A DNA stretch of 64,000 nucleotides, taken from positions 930,001 to 994,000 of the forward strand of contig OY986948.1 of NCBI GenBank assembly GCA_963920595.1, written 5' to 3'. Below, in pieces: positions 24,694 through 36,300 of the stretch. A model generated the notes under the pieces. The model worked only from the letters and a program-made list of their open reading frames with translations. It searched no databases and was not told the origin of the DNA. This DNA comes from Eimeria praecox (taxonomy: Eukaryota). The position numbers and the translations under genes are program-made. Each line of letters opens with the position of its first letter. Positions within the stretch are counted from its first letter, which is position 1.

Positions 24694-24886
24694 CCCGTAA
24701 TGAACTGGAGTACGGTAAAATATATCAACCAACAGTTCACGAAATGAAGCTGACATGTCTCGCAGGCCCCCCGTTCCCTGGGCCGCTGTACCTTGGGCTC
24801 AGGGAACGGGAGGCCTGGGAGACATGCCAGCTTCTTTTCGTGAACTATTGGTTGATATATTTTACTGCATTTCAGTTCATTATGGG
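24694..24886. other. Long imperfect inverted repeat (~91-bp arms, ~11-nt loop)
   Basis: Left arm 24694-24784 aligns without gaps to the reverse complement of 24796-24886, with about 11 mismatches. Confidence 0.9.
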
Positions 24887-26104
24887 GCAAAAACAACCCT
24901 GCCACCCGCTCCAGCACACATTCCTGTAGCTAGCGCCGCAAGACAGGCCTACATGAACGCAGAACCAGTGCCTATTTGCTGCAAGTGCTAGGATTGTACG
25001 CTGAAGAATATTCTACCTTTAAACACTTGCGCGATCCTCCGTATCCAGCCTGTGGGCAAGTAGGCTGACGACTACCACCACCTCGCTGATCATGCTACGC
25101 ACTTGCGTTTACAACCATTTCCCCCTCTGCTTCATTTCCTGGCATTGTAAGTTGTATTGCAGTGTAGAAACTCTTTAAATGCTTACTTGTATTTCCACAT
25201 CCAGCTGCGAGCAAGGAGATACTCTAGTACCTGCGTGACGCGGGCTGTGGTATAAAGAGACTGGCCATTGTACAACTTCCCTGATGTGCAATGCTGAATG
25301 AAATTTGCAGCGCAAATTATCGCCGCAAACGCAAGTTTTAGAAGAAATGCAGAATCCATTACAGAAAGACACAGGAAACACGAACGGCTGAATCCTGGTT
25401 AAAATGTTTTCTTGGACGGACACTTCGGTTCCCAACATGCAGCAGCCCCGGATGTAATGAACCGTGGCACGGAGAAGCGAGAAAGCGAGCCTCTAATGCA
25501 CCAGATCCCGTTCACTCTTTTGCACTTACACTTCTGTGGGACTTCATTCTTTATAATTTCATGGGTTAGAGCCCTGTGCTGATATACACAGCAGTCGCTC
25601 AGTTGTGGGGCCGGGCGGCAGAGGAGGGCGGTCTGCACCGATTTAGGCAGTTCAATTAAGCCTGATCAAGCAGTTAGCAATTTTTGGATGATTGACCAGC
25701 AAGACATCAGTATATCAATTCAATCTCCCGGGTCCCTGGGGCAGCAGCCCTCGGTTGCCGGAGCCACGCGCTTGCTTGACACCGACCTGATGCTCACGAT
25801 CATTCTCCCGTCCACTTCTTTAGAGCACGATTTACAGTTCATCTAAGTTTACTTGCCTTTGCTATGGTGGAGGGTTTTTGGCAGCGACTGTGTTGCAACG
25901 CCCATCCCCCTGCCCTGACGGGATAAGGCACCTGCGTAACTGTCGCGGGACAAGGGCTTTTTTTAATATTTGTTGTCTTCGCCTTTCAACAGCTTAGGGG
26001 CACTGAGGCTGAGCGAGTCTCTGTAGACGGCCGAAGGCTACTAGCCTCCTTGCAATCTAGAAGCGGCCTACCTGCGTCTTTGAGGTTTCCGAAACTTCGC
26101 GAAA

Positions 26105-27783
26105 ATGTTGAAAAAATTTGGGCCCGAGGAGATTTCTTCCCAGACTATGATGAAGTCCTCAATGCAGAGGGCCGTGCGAGGACAGGTGAATTTGGACGTT
26201 TCTTTTTATTTTGTTGTCTGGCATCACCACAACAACACAAATGCAGAGAGCATGTTTTTGCTGTGTAGGCATTTAAGCTGTTCAAATCGTATTAGTTTTA
26301 GGGGGTCCTGTCCAAGCTAGCACAAAGGATTCCACACACTGCAGGGCCTGTGGAGGAAAGATGCATTCAAATGTGAGCATGTTCAGTGGTAGCATTTTTA
26401 GACAAGTAATGGTGCGTTGACGTGTGCACAGATACTGGAGGAATACCCTCGACTTGAACCTGTCATGGAGCAGATATGGCCTAAGAAAGCTTCACCTGTA
26501 CTGATCAAATGGTAATGAATTCGAAACGACAGCGATTTCCAGCGCTTTTCTCCTTGTTTTTGAATAATAGCATTACGGGCGGTGTGCGTAGAGGTGTCTG
26601 GAAGTAACGAAGTGAGCTAGAACAACAGGAAAATGGAGGCATGAGATGAGTGTTGTCTGTGTTGTATTTCAGTCAAAATCGCATTTCTTTGGTAGCTCTG
26701 GACGGCAAGCCACTCTTCTTCCAACAGCGAGATGGGCAATGGGTGCCAACGCTACGACTCCTTCATGAATGTGAGAGCGGAGAGTGTAGAAATTTCGCTG
26801 CTCTGCATACCGTTCTGTTGTATTCAGCATTATTTGCTATTATTTAATAGACGCATTTCTCCGGTTGATGATATTGCACCTTTTCTGTTGTGTCTATATG
26901 CTGTCGCGCAGATCCCTCCATGATGCCAAAGATGCAAGTAGATAAAGGTGCTGTGAAATTCGTGCTGAGGGGGTCGAACGTTATGTGCCAAGGCCTCACC
27001 TCCCCAGGCGGCAGAATGGAGGAAGTGCCGGCCAACAAAGTTGTGGTGAGGCTTAAGTGTTTGCTTAGCTGGGCTGTAGCACTTCTCACATCTAGATATT
27101 GTTTGTGCACTATTGTTTATTCGTTTGGGGGGAAGCGTGGCATTTGTTGATCATACTGTAACAGCATTTTTGTTTTTGTTTTTTTTGACCGTAGCAGCCA
27201 CAGTCAGTCGTGCTGATTGTGAATTGCTGTGTGTTGCTTGCTACTTCAAATTCGCGATGTTTTCACAAATTTGCTTTTGATGATGTAGACAACGCATAAA
27301 CATTGTATGTATTACAGCTCTTTTATGTAGGTTTTCTCATTTCACGTTTGTTGTGTTTGTGTTTCTCCCTGTGCAACTTGACAGCAAATCGCGGTGGAGG
27401 GAAAGCAACATAGTTGTGCCATAGGCATCACCACGATGTCGACGGAAGATATGTAGGGCCCCATTGTTCAATGCCTTTTGCAGACGAGTTTTAATAGTTG
27501 AGTAAAGATCCTTTATAGTAGCAGTTAAGACCGCGTGTGTATGCGGGTATGCCGGCTCCCTTCTCGTGGTCCATCGTTTCGCTGAAGGCATTATTTGTAG
27601 GGCGTGCTCCTATTAGCGATTTTTGTGTGCGATGTTCGTTACGCTTATTGTTGTTTGCTGCATATGATATGTTCGTCGTTGTGTGCATTATTTTGCAGAC
27701 GCCGTGAGAACAAAGGGCCCTGCATCGAGACGTTGACATATCTGAACGACGGTTTGTGGACGTTGGATTCTGTGGGCAGATAG
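26105..27783 (+). CDS. MCTS1: MCTS1/TMA20-like PUA-domain translation re-initiation factor; exons 26105-26185, 26432-26511, 26673-26770, 26912-27045, 27385-27452, 27699-27783
   Basis: Spliced product MLKKF..KSSMQRAVRGQILEEYP..WPKK..KCQNRI..PLFFQQRDGQWVPTLRLLHEYP..MQVDKGAVKFVLRGSNVMCQGLTSPGG..EGKQHSCAIG..MSTEDI..NKGPCIE..YLNDGLW. Confidence 0.93.
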
Positions 27784-30165
27784 TAGTCCTGTGAACAGGT
27801 GTGGAGCTTGTTGTAATTCAGATGCATGTGTGTGTACACTGTTTGATCTGTTTCTCGTTGAAACAGAAGAACATTTTCTGCGAAAAAACGGTCGGTAACT
27901 TGTTACCTTGGATATAAGCTCTCTTCTTTCATGCAAACGCGTTACGTCCATTTCCTACATGCACGTCAGCTAGGCTCCGCGCTGCTTGTACTCTTGTATC
28001 CATTTCGCATCGAAATACGCATCCACGAGACCAAAATTACGCACTAAAGAAGTAACACTTCGTGCAGTTATCCACGGCTTCCATTTTCGCCTTCGGGGGT
28101 GCTCTGCCCCCCATAGGTCACTAACACTCTAATACTTCCCTGATGTAGTGCATTTGGAGGTTGTCTGAAATACGCAGTGGAGATCGCATCGTACGCTCTG
28201 TAATATCTCCATCTTATCCACAAGTTTGTTTTTACAAATCGCTGTACTTCTTAGTCCTGAAGGCACTTACGGTGCGGCACGAATGCCAAATGCTCTCTGC
28301 CCACCGCCTAGGGCTGCAACGGTATCGGCGAGCTATCTTCAAGCATTGAGCCGCGCGAGAGCTATCATAGCCTCCCAGCTGCCCTGCAAGAGGTTCCAGT
28401 TGTTTCCATAATACCATAAACATTGAAGAATGCCTTAGCTTCTCCTACTGTCTAGCCTGGACTGGCGATCGCAGGCTCTCCGGGGGGTGGGCGCTGCAGT
28501 GGGTGCGTTCAAACGACTATCATCTGCTCTAAAGATACATTTCTGCTTTCCTGCTACAGCTAGAGCGTTGCGCATTGGCTTTATATGGCCTCATAATTAC
28601 AGGCGGAAAGGTGACGGCTCATGGGTTTCAGGCTGGTGCCGATCGTGTCAGGTGCGGTGGCTACGAAAACAGTGGGAAGCTGCGGGTTCCTCGTTTGTGA
28701 AGACATTGCTGTGACTTGAAAGAACAGTGACAGGCAAGACCGCGGGTCTGTTTGAATTTGTCTGAATATTCAATTTCTCCTGCTGAACCGGCCGGCCGCG
28801 ACAGTGGGGTGCAGCCAGCCTTCCCATGCGGCTGAGAAGGCAGCTAGAGAAGCAGCAATAAAATGAATAAATCTTTGAAAAGACGCTTTAGGCGTGTGGG
28901 AATTGGCTTTAAGCTGGCTTTCTGCGCACTAAATTCGCAAACCTGAGGGCACAACGAGGGAACGGTTTGAACGGGCAGCAAGCAGCAATACCGTTGTCTG
29001 TGGCCGCTGCAGCCATCATAGCCCCAAGGCACCGAAGCCTCCGCTCATTAGCCTGCCTTCTTTGTCCTACAGAACTTCGTTTGAACAGATAAAGGTCTGA
29101 AAGACTTAAACTGCACTGTCACGCCGCTGCTTCAGTGTGCCCTTAACCACTCGCTGCTGCGCCACGGAAAGAGTCGTGGGCTACAGCAGCAGGAGCACAG
29201 CATTGGCATTTGCCTTTCTGCTCCTCAGCAAATCCTTCGCAGCCGTTTCATTTATCGTGTTTAACTGCTTTAGAACTTCGTTTCTTGAGCTCCTCTACAG
29301 TGGCCCACCCAACAGCCGTTCCTGATCCAGATATTGCCGGGGGGGTTGACGCCCAGGGCGTCCGTGTGTGTAGCCCCTGCTAATCTCACGCGTTTCTCAT
29401 GTACAAATTCCCGTAAAAGCAAATATAAACGGATTTTCAGACTTTGTCTCATCTCGAGCTAACCAGAAGAGGCCTCGTGGTGCCTCCACGGCCGTCCACC
29501 CTCCTGGCGCCTTGGCCTGACGGGGTATCTACGCTGTGCTGCAGCACCCTGTCTCGCCCTGCTCTTCTTGGGATCATTATGCTCATTTAAAGGCTCAAGG
29601 CTCCAGCTTAAAGTCTTTCTCTCCTTTTAAACTGCAGCCAGCGGCCATTCCACGTGCTGCATGCCTCCGCAGACCACGCTCAACGTCGAGTCGCTCCACC
29701 GCCGCAGGCACAAGACCTCTTCTCCATAAATTCAGTTGAAAGGCAAAGAACCTGAAACAAATTCCTAGGCAACCGCTCCTCACCGTAGCAAACTCCTCAG
29801 AGCAACCTTAAGGCGCCGCAGCCGCCGTCGGCCGTCCGCAGCACCGCCTGATGGGGGATTTCGAGTTGAAGTTTTCCTAGCCGCAAGTTGTTCTACGAGT
29901 TTCTGTGTGTCTGTTAAGTCTGTATGCACTTGGCATGCGAGGCTAGACCTGATCAAAGGAGTTATTAGGGGCGGCTGAAGCGGGAGACCACCCAGAAGCA
30001 TAGGCGGAAGGCAGCAACAGGGGTGCGGAAGGACACCATCATCACCATCAGCAGCAGCAGTTTCAGCTGCAGAAGCAAGTGCAAATTAGAAAGAAGTAGC
30101 CATACAAGGGGAATACTCACGTGGAGGCTGTTTCTGTTGCCGTGAGGTCACTGCACTTCAGCACG

Positions 30166-31497
30166 ATGGGAATTCTCTCGTGCCCCAGCGACGCCGTTGT
30201 CGCTGCAGCAGCAGCGAACCCAGAAGATGGAAAATCTGCTTGTGCCTCGACAGCTGCAGAAACGGCAAACACATCTGTCCCTTCTGGAGCGACAGAGCTA
30301 GAGACAACGGAGCCCCGCCCGCAGCCCGACGCTTCCGATGAAGACCCAGCGGCCCCCCGTACCTGGAGCACCTGCTGCAGCGAGAAGCAGCGTTTGCCGG
30401 AGACAACTAATGGGCAAGGAGAGCATGCGTCCGAGGACCAGTGCGCTTCGGGAAATGATGAGCAGCAGGTGCAGCAGCAGGAGGGTAGTGGATGCCTTAG
30501 CAAGGAAGGTTCTGCGGAATGCGCTGCATGCGGAAAGGATCAACCAGAGGTCGGCAACTCCCAAGAAGGGAGGCCGGGGATGTGCGAGACGTGCAACAAC
30601 AGCAAGGCGCAGACAAGCCGCATGCCAAATGAATTGCAGAAAGAGGGAGCAATTGACCCCAGCTCCCAAGTGGAGCAGTCGTCTGGAGCCACTGCCCCCG
30701 AGGACACTCCCCAGCGCCGTCAGGGGGCTGCGGAAGGGGCCGATGAGACATCAGCAAAGACACCAGCAGCAGCGCGCAGTGGCAGCAGCAGCAGCGGCGG
30801 CAGCGGACCGAGCACATCGTCAAGTCGCGCGCGGGGCGCGTCTGCCGTGGCCAGCTCAGGAGGAGCTGCAACAGCAGCAGGAGCAGCATTCCCCTCAGCA
30901 GCAGGAGCAGCAGCAGCAACAGGCGCTCCTCGTAAGTGCATTGATGAGGGTTCTGTTCGGAGGCACGTAGTGCCCGTAGGACCGCGCCACCAGGTGCCGT
31001 GCCTTCCTCCATTCTTTCTAGAGAACGGCGGTTTTGGATGCTGCTGCGGGGAACCTTCCCCTGCTTTGGACCCTAGTCTAACAGCGAAACTGGTTTATTC
31101 GCCTTCCTCTCTCGAACGAGTGAGACAAAGGAGGCTAGCGGAGGGACTGGCGGACCGGGCAATCTGCACTGAAGGAGACATGGAGGCCTTTATGCAGCAG
31201 TGCGCCAAGAACTGGAAAGGGAATAAACCTGGCTGGCAGCCGTTTAGCCCCGAGTTCGCCTTCAAGCTGCTGCACTACGCCGGTTACGACCCCGCGAAGG
31301 CGCTGCAACTCATGGAAGACCCCCAGTTCTCGTTCCAGTTGGTATGCGATGGGCCTGTAAGGCGCTACGACAACAAATGGAGGCCCAAGGATAGGAGAGG
31401 AGTCATTTCCCCAACGCCTTATCCTCCGCCAGTGTTCCTTAGGGGTTACCTGTCGCGCAGACACTACAGAGATAGCACGGGCTATTCACTGCGCTAA
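30166..31497 (+). CDS. Single-exon ELM2-domain protein (putative HDAC co-repressor subunit)
   Basis: A disordered N-terminus is followed by VPVGPRHQVPCLP ... KLVYSP ... MEAFMQQC ... EFAFKLLHYAGYDPAKAL, the ELM2 pattern. First ATG at 30166. Confidence 0.75.
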   Translation: MGILSCPSDAVVAAAAANPEDGKSACASTAAETANTSVPSGATELETTEPRPQPDASDEDPAAPRTWSTCCSEKQRLPETTNGQGEHASEDQCASGNDEQQVQQQEGSGCLSKEGSAECAACGKDQPEVGNSQEGRPGMCETCNNSKAQTSRMPNELQKEGAIDPSSQVEQSSGATAPEDTPQRRQGAAEGADETSAKTPAAARSGSSSSGGSGPSTSSSRARGASAVASSGGAATAAGAAFPSAAGAAAATGAPRKCIDEGSVRRHVVPVGPRHQVPCLPPFFLENGGFGCCCGEPSPALDPSLTAKLVYSPSSLERVRQRRLAEGLADRAICTEGDMEAFMQQCAKNWKGNKPGWQPFSPEFAFKLLHYAGYDPAKALQLMEDPQFSFQLVCDGPVRRYDNKWRPKDRRGVISPTPYPPPVFLRGYLSRRHYRDSTGYSLR

Positions 31498-33316
31498 CGG
31501 CAGGGCGTTTACAGCTAAATGCCTGACACAGAGGCCGCCGCAGGTAACGGAGAAACGTGCACGCTTCCCAAGTCTAGTATGAGGCCTTCTCATGCGTAGT
31601 TGGACCGCAGCAACAGCAGCAGTAGTAGATCTGTTGCTTCGGCAGCAGATCTCCCTTGGAAGCAGCAATCCGGCAGTTATCCCAGCGGTCGCTGATGCGG
31701 TGACCGTTTCTGTCAGCAGTATAGCTACCACTGTGTGAAATCCAGTGTGCAAACGCGTAAAAGGCACGACCGTGGGGCGCTATCCACTCCAACCAGTTGC
31801 CAGGGGAGGCGTTGGCACACAGATTGTTCAAAGAGGCACACAGAGCAGCACTGGGTTGTAGGGGTGTAGGCAGAGTCGCCCCGGACTACAGGCTTTCTGT
31901 AGGAGGGGTGGGATCATACAGAGTGTACTAGAGAATCCTTCGAATGCACCGTTCACAATCTATGCATATCCCCCTAAACGGGTGATGTGCAGACGCCGTT
32001 TCCATGCTGTCGGCTTTGCACGACTTTTGTTCTTCGTAGAAGCAAACGCTTGGGACCGTTATGACGATGAGTGGTTCTTCGTAAGCCCGTTTCTCTTTGC
32101 ATTGCATCCCAGCACGTGGCAAGCTAGCCATGCCGTGAGCACCGGCTGTTGTACTGTTTTGTGCGAGTGGCGCATGCAGATTAGATAACATTAGATAACT
32201 AGGAAACAGCACTCATAGAAAGAAGCGCCGAGAAGCAGCGAGTAAAAAGTGGATTGTCAAGAAGTTCCGCTATATGTAGTTACGCACACTGGTAGATTGC
32301 AAGACAACTAGCTGCTCAGATTTAACTCAACTGTTAGGCTAGTGGCTCTAAGCGGTTAGTCTCCTCACCGCTGGGGAGAAGGGCGTGAGGCGCGTGCGGC
32401 AAGCGTCGTGCCACTCGCCATAAGCATCTGAATGCAGACTCACTGCATGAACTATCTTCTCATTTGGAACCGTTTTGTGGGCCCAATACTTTGGGATGGA
32501 TTATTTGGTTTCCGATGCACACTGGCCCTTAGAAAGGCTGCGCTAGCAGGGAAGCCACACCGATTTAGTGGGGTAAAATATTCAAAACTGCTTAAAGAAC
32601 GGTGAACAGTCTCAGAAGGTGTAGGGAGAAAATGGAGAAACAGTGAAAGGAACGAATCATTAGTTAGATTTCCGCTCTTTCCAATGTAGTTCGGTGCCCG
32701 TGTACCATGCAGGAGGGTAATGGGCCCGTCGAGAAGGGGAGAGGTAGGCCCAAGAACTCATTCTAATAGATAATGATCTCTGGCTTATTAACTTATTTGG
32801 CATTTTGAAGCCTTTGTGAACTGAGGTTGCAGATGCGGTGCCTCGACATGATCCAGCAGTGGCTTGACCGCTCGGAAGCCAGTTAGTACGCGCCGACGAA
32901 ATATTTGTAATCTTTTCTCTCTGTCTTTGCTCATTTTCCCTTTTTCAAGGGTTTTTAGACAAAATATAAGGGCAGTTGTGCCCCTGGTGGCCCGTGTCTG
33001 GACGCCTTTGTCGCCGCTGACTGGTGCCTCGCTAGGTCGAGTCTATCGACCGGCGCGAATCACCCGAATTTGCACAGCATTGCGGTTCCTTACCTGTTCA
33101 CGCCTTACTTCTAATCTGTTAGACGTTAGTTTCAAAGGAAGTACGCCACTTCGGCGGCCGGCCTCCAGTTGAGGCGTTGCCGCCTTCTCATATCTCGGGC
33201 ACTTCTGCTGCCGGCGCGGATCAGCTGATTTCACCTCCCCGTGATAAACACCAGAGAACTCCGAAGAGGAGGAGTTTCTGCCGCATGCAGATGGCTGAAG
33301 ATGTCACTCTGACGGG

Positions 33317-36300
33317 ATGAGGTAGCATGCCTATGGGGCTGCAGAAGCTGCTGTTCTAAGGCTTCTAAACGAGCACACATCTAAATATTTTGTTATTGGC
33401 GAAGTGACTTCTGAGGAGCGCGGCCCTGACTAGCTAAGGGCTGTGCAGCTAGCATACGTAGTGTTGCCCTTTCCCTGCACAGGACCATGCTGAAGAAGAT
33501 CTCTTCCCTCGCAGCCGGCAGCTACGGCTACCACAGCTCTAGCAGGCCCCTGCAAGTTCGGCGCAGAAGCCTAGATGAGGAACAGCTTCGAAGGCAAAGC
33601 CGAAACAGCCGCAGCGACGACTCAGGGACAGATGGTGGGACGACACTGCGCAGTGTCGAGAGCTTTTGAGCCACGCTTTTAAACTGGAGCAAGGGACATT
33701 AGGCTCAAGGCAACAACCACAGGCAAACAGCAGCTTCTCATGTGCGCGTATCGGTTGCTTGCTTTTCAGGTTCACAACCGGAAGCAGAAGGCCTTAAGTA
33801 AGCCTCAGCTGCATGCGAATTCAGCACCTCTGTTGCCGCCGACTCCCTTGGCGCGGGTTCGGTGTTGAACGTTCTGAACGTAATGGTCTGCAGATGTTTT
33901 CGTCTGCTTTTCGTGTTTCTATGCTTGCATGCAATAGTAGTATTAGGAGTTAGTGTCTGGCTGTGCGGCGCAGGAACGCCATGGAGATGCTAATTGCCGA
34001 GAACAAACACTTGAAAATGCTCATTCAGGAGCGGGATGCGCGCTCCAGTTCAGTGAACACGTCAGAGGAAAGGTGAGATAGTCTGTCTTGGTCGCTGGCC
34101 ATTTTCCTTTAGCTGGTTTCCAAGAACACAATCAGTGGTCAAACAGATGGGCAGAGTTGTGCTGCTTATATTAGGGAGGAGGTGGAGGCATTGAGGAGAG
34201 AATGCGCCGAAGCAAAGGTAAGGTTTGTTTTACTGAAGCCTTTTGCCTGGTGGGCCGGTCGCCACCTGACATTCTCTGCTTCGTATCAGAGGCTTCTCTT
34301 CGAAGCCTTCCACAGCATTGCGGAGTGTGTTTACTTCAATAGCCACAAGCTTGTGAAAAGGGGAGCCAAAGGCACGCACGCACGTAGCTGGTAGTGAGTG
34401 TACTGCATATTCAGGATGAGGTGGCGAGGCTTCAACAACAGCTGGAGTCCAGAGTGGAACTCATTGAATCAATGAAGCGCGAAAGGTGACCTGCAGGAAT
34501 CAGCCTAGGAGGCAACTAGAAGCGTAGCGGAGCAGGCGTAGTGCAAAAGAGGCATTTGCAGAAGCCATCAGCTCTGTTTGGGTTGGGTTGCTGCCCAGGT
34601 TACTGCAGAGCAACGAAGGGATGCAGGAACTTCATGAGAAAGTTAAGTCGCTAGAGGCACAGCTGGAATTCGAGTGCACGAACCATGCCGAGGAGCTCGA
34701 GGAGAAGTGAGTGGTGCACTGGAACGACGGAATAGTAGGACATTAGAAAACTGTATCTCTTACTTATTCGCGCATGCGAAAACTTTCATCGGCGGAGTTG
34801 TCTCCTGCCACAACCCAAGTCTTGAGAGTTCGTCAGTACTTCCTGTCTTCTTTTTGCCTGACAGGGAGGCGAGGATTGCAGAGCTTGAAATGCAGCTTTT
34901 GGATGCTCAGCAAAAGGCTTCGGGAGAGGCACCTCCGCGTCAGGTGGACTTGTAAGTCCGTGCAAATTCAGCTTGAGAGGCGACCTGATTCTGTAGCGGC
35001 CTCGTCAAAAAAGCCAAATCCATGTCACAAGTGCACTTTCTTTGTCTGCAGAACTGCAGAGGAAGAGCAACAGATGGCGGAGCTTAAGAGCCAGCTGGCA
35101 GCCAAGGCAGCAGAGGTATCAAGGTACGCCAAGCTGCCTTTTCGGCGTTCGTTTTTTCTGGGAAGCAGGGCGGCCAGGCACCTTGTTATTGCTGCCATTC
35201 CATTTTCTGGGAGTTTCCACCGCGCAAGTGTCCTATGTAGCGATGCATCTTCAGCCTGTGTACATGAAAAACGAGTGCCTGCGTGTGTGTGGATTGTGTG
35301 ATAAAGAAGAGATGTGGAGATAAATAGGCTTCAGGCAGAGCTTGAAGCTAGCAGGGCTGAACTCACGAAAAGGAGGGCAGAGCAGGCGGCGTCTTCCGAT
35401 GATGAGGAGCGAGTCAAAGATTTAAGCAGGCGCATGTGGGTGTCATGAGCAATCACCATTGCTGATATGCTTAGAAGATGTGGGGAGAGTATATGAGTAC
35501 AGAAGAAGTATGCTTCACCGGAGGGGAAGCTGATTAGATCCTGGAAGCTTTTCGAGGTTTCCGTGCCGTGCGTGCGTGGTCCTCCGCAGAAAGATTCTTG
35601 AGTCGAAGCTAGGCGAAGAGGAGACCAAACGAATTGCAGCTGAAGAGTGAGGCCTCATTGTCTGCCCTTCAGTGTGCATCCCTTCGCAACGGCAGCAAGC
35701 ACTTTTGCATACCATCTGAATCCACACCCTTGGCTCTGCCAATTGCGCGTCGCGTGTTCAGAGCCCTCGCTTTGCAACGAGCTGCCGCAGTAGAAACGGA
35801 AGAGGGCAACGGCTCCTTGGATGCGCTACGAAAAGAAATTCAAGAAAAAGATGCTGCGCTCCAAGGGATGAGTCAACAACTGTTAGAGGTTTCTGCAGAG
35901 AAGGACGAGCTTGAACAGGTGACCAAGCGCCTGCCACCCCACTGAACGCAGCTATCGCACGAAGAAGACTTAGCTGCTCGTTGGCAAACTGTTTGGCATG
36001 TATAACAGCCCCTAGTACAGTTTATATTCCTCTTGTATTTTAGCTACTCAACAACCTTACCTGGCCAGGGGCGCTGTCTCCATGAGGAGACAGCTTTGCG
36101 GGTATTAGGGGTGTCTAACTTGATGTGTAACATCTTTGCCTTTGGGATGTTTAGCAACTGCAGAAGCACCGCGAGGCGCCGTCAGCTCCTGAGACGCCGC
36201 GGATGCTGACAAGCAGACGCAGTTTCTTCGGGCGCAGCAAATCGACGGCTTTGGAGAGGGATGCGCTTGCTGCCCAAGTGCAACACCTCGAAGAGCAGTT

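Noticed and set aside
22600..25640. LTR retrotransposon (chromovirus) remnant in the long spacer
   Set aside because: I found no RT, RNase H, integrase or gag motifs and no LTR pair in the ORFs. A highly decayed relic cannot be excluded without an HMM search.
32336..32400. tRNA-like stretch (TGGCTCTAAGCGG plus a TCTCC/GGAGA stem)
   Set aside because: No T-arm or B-box (GTTCRA) and no acceptor stem.
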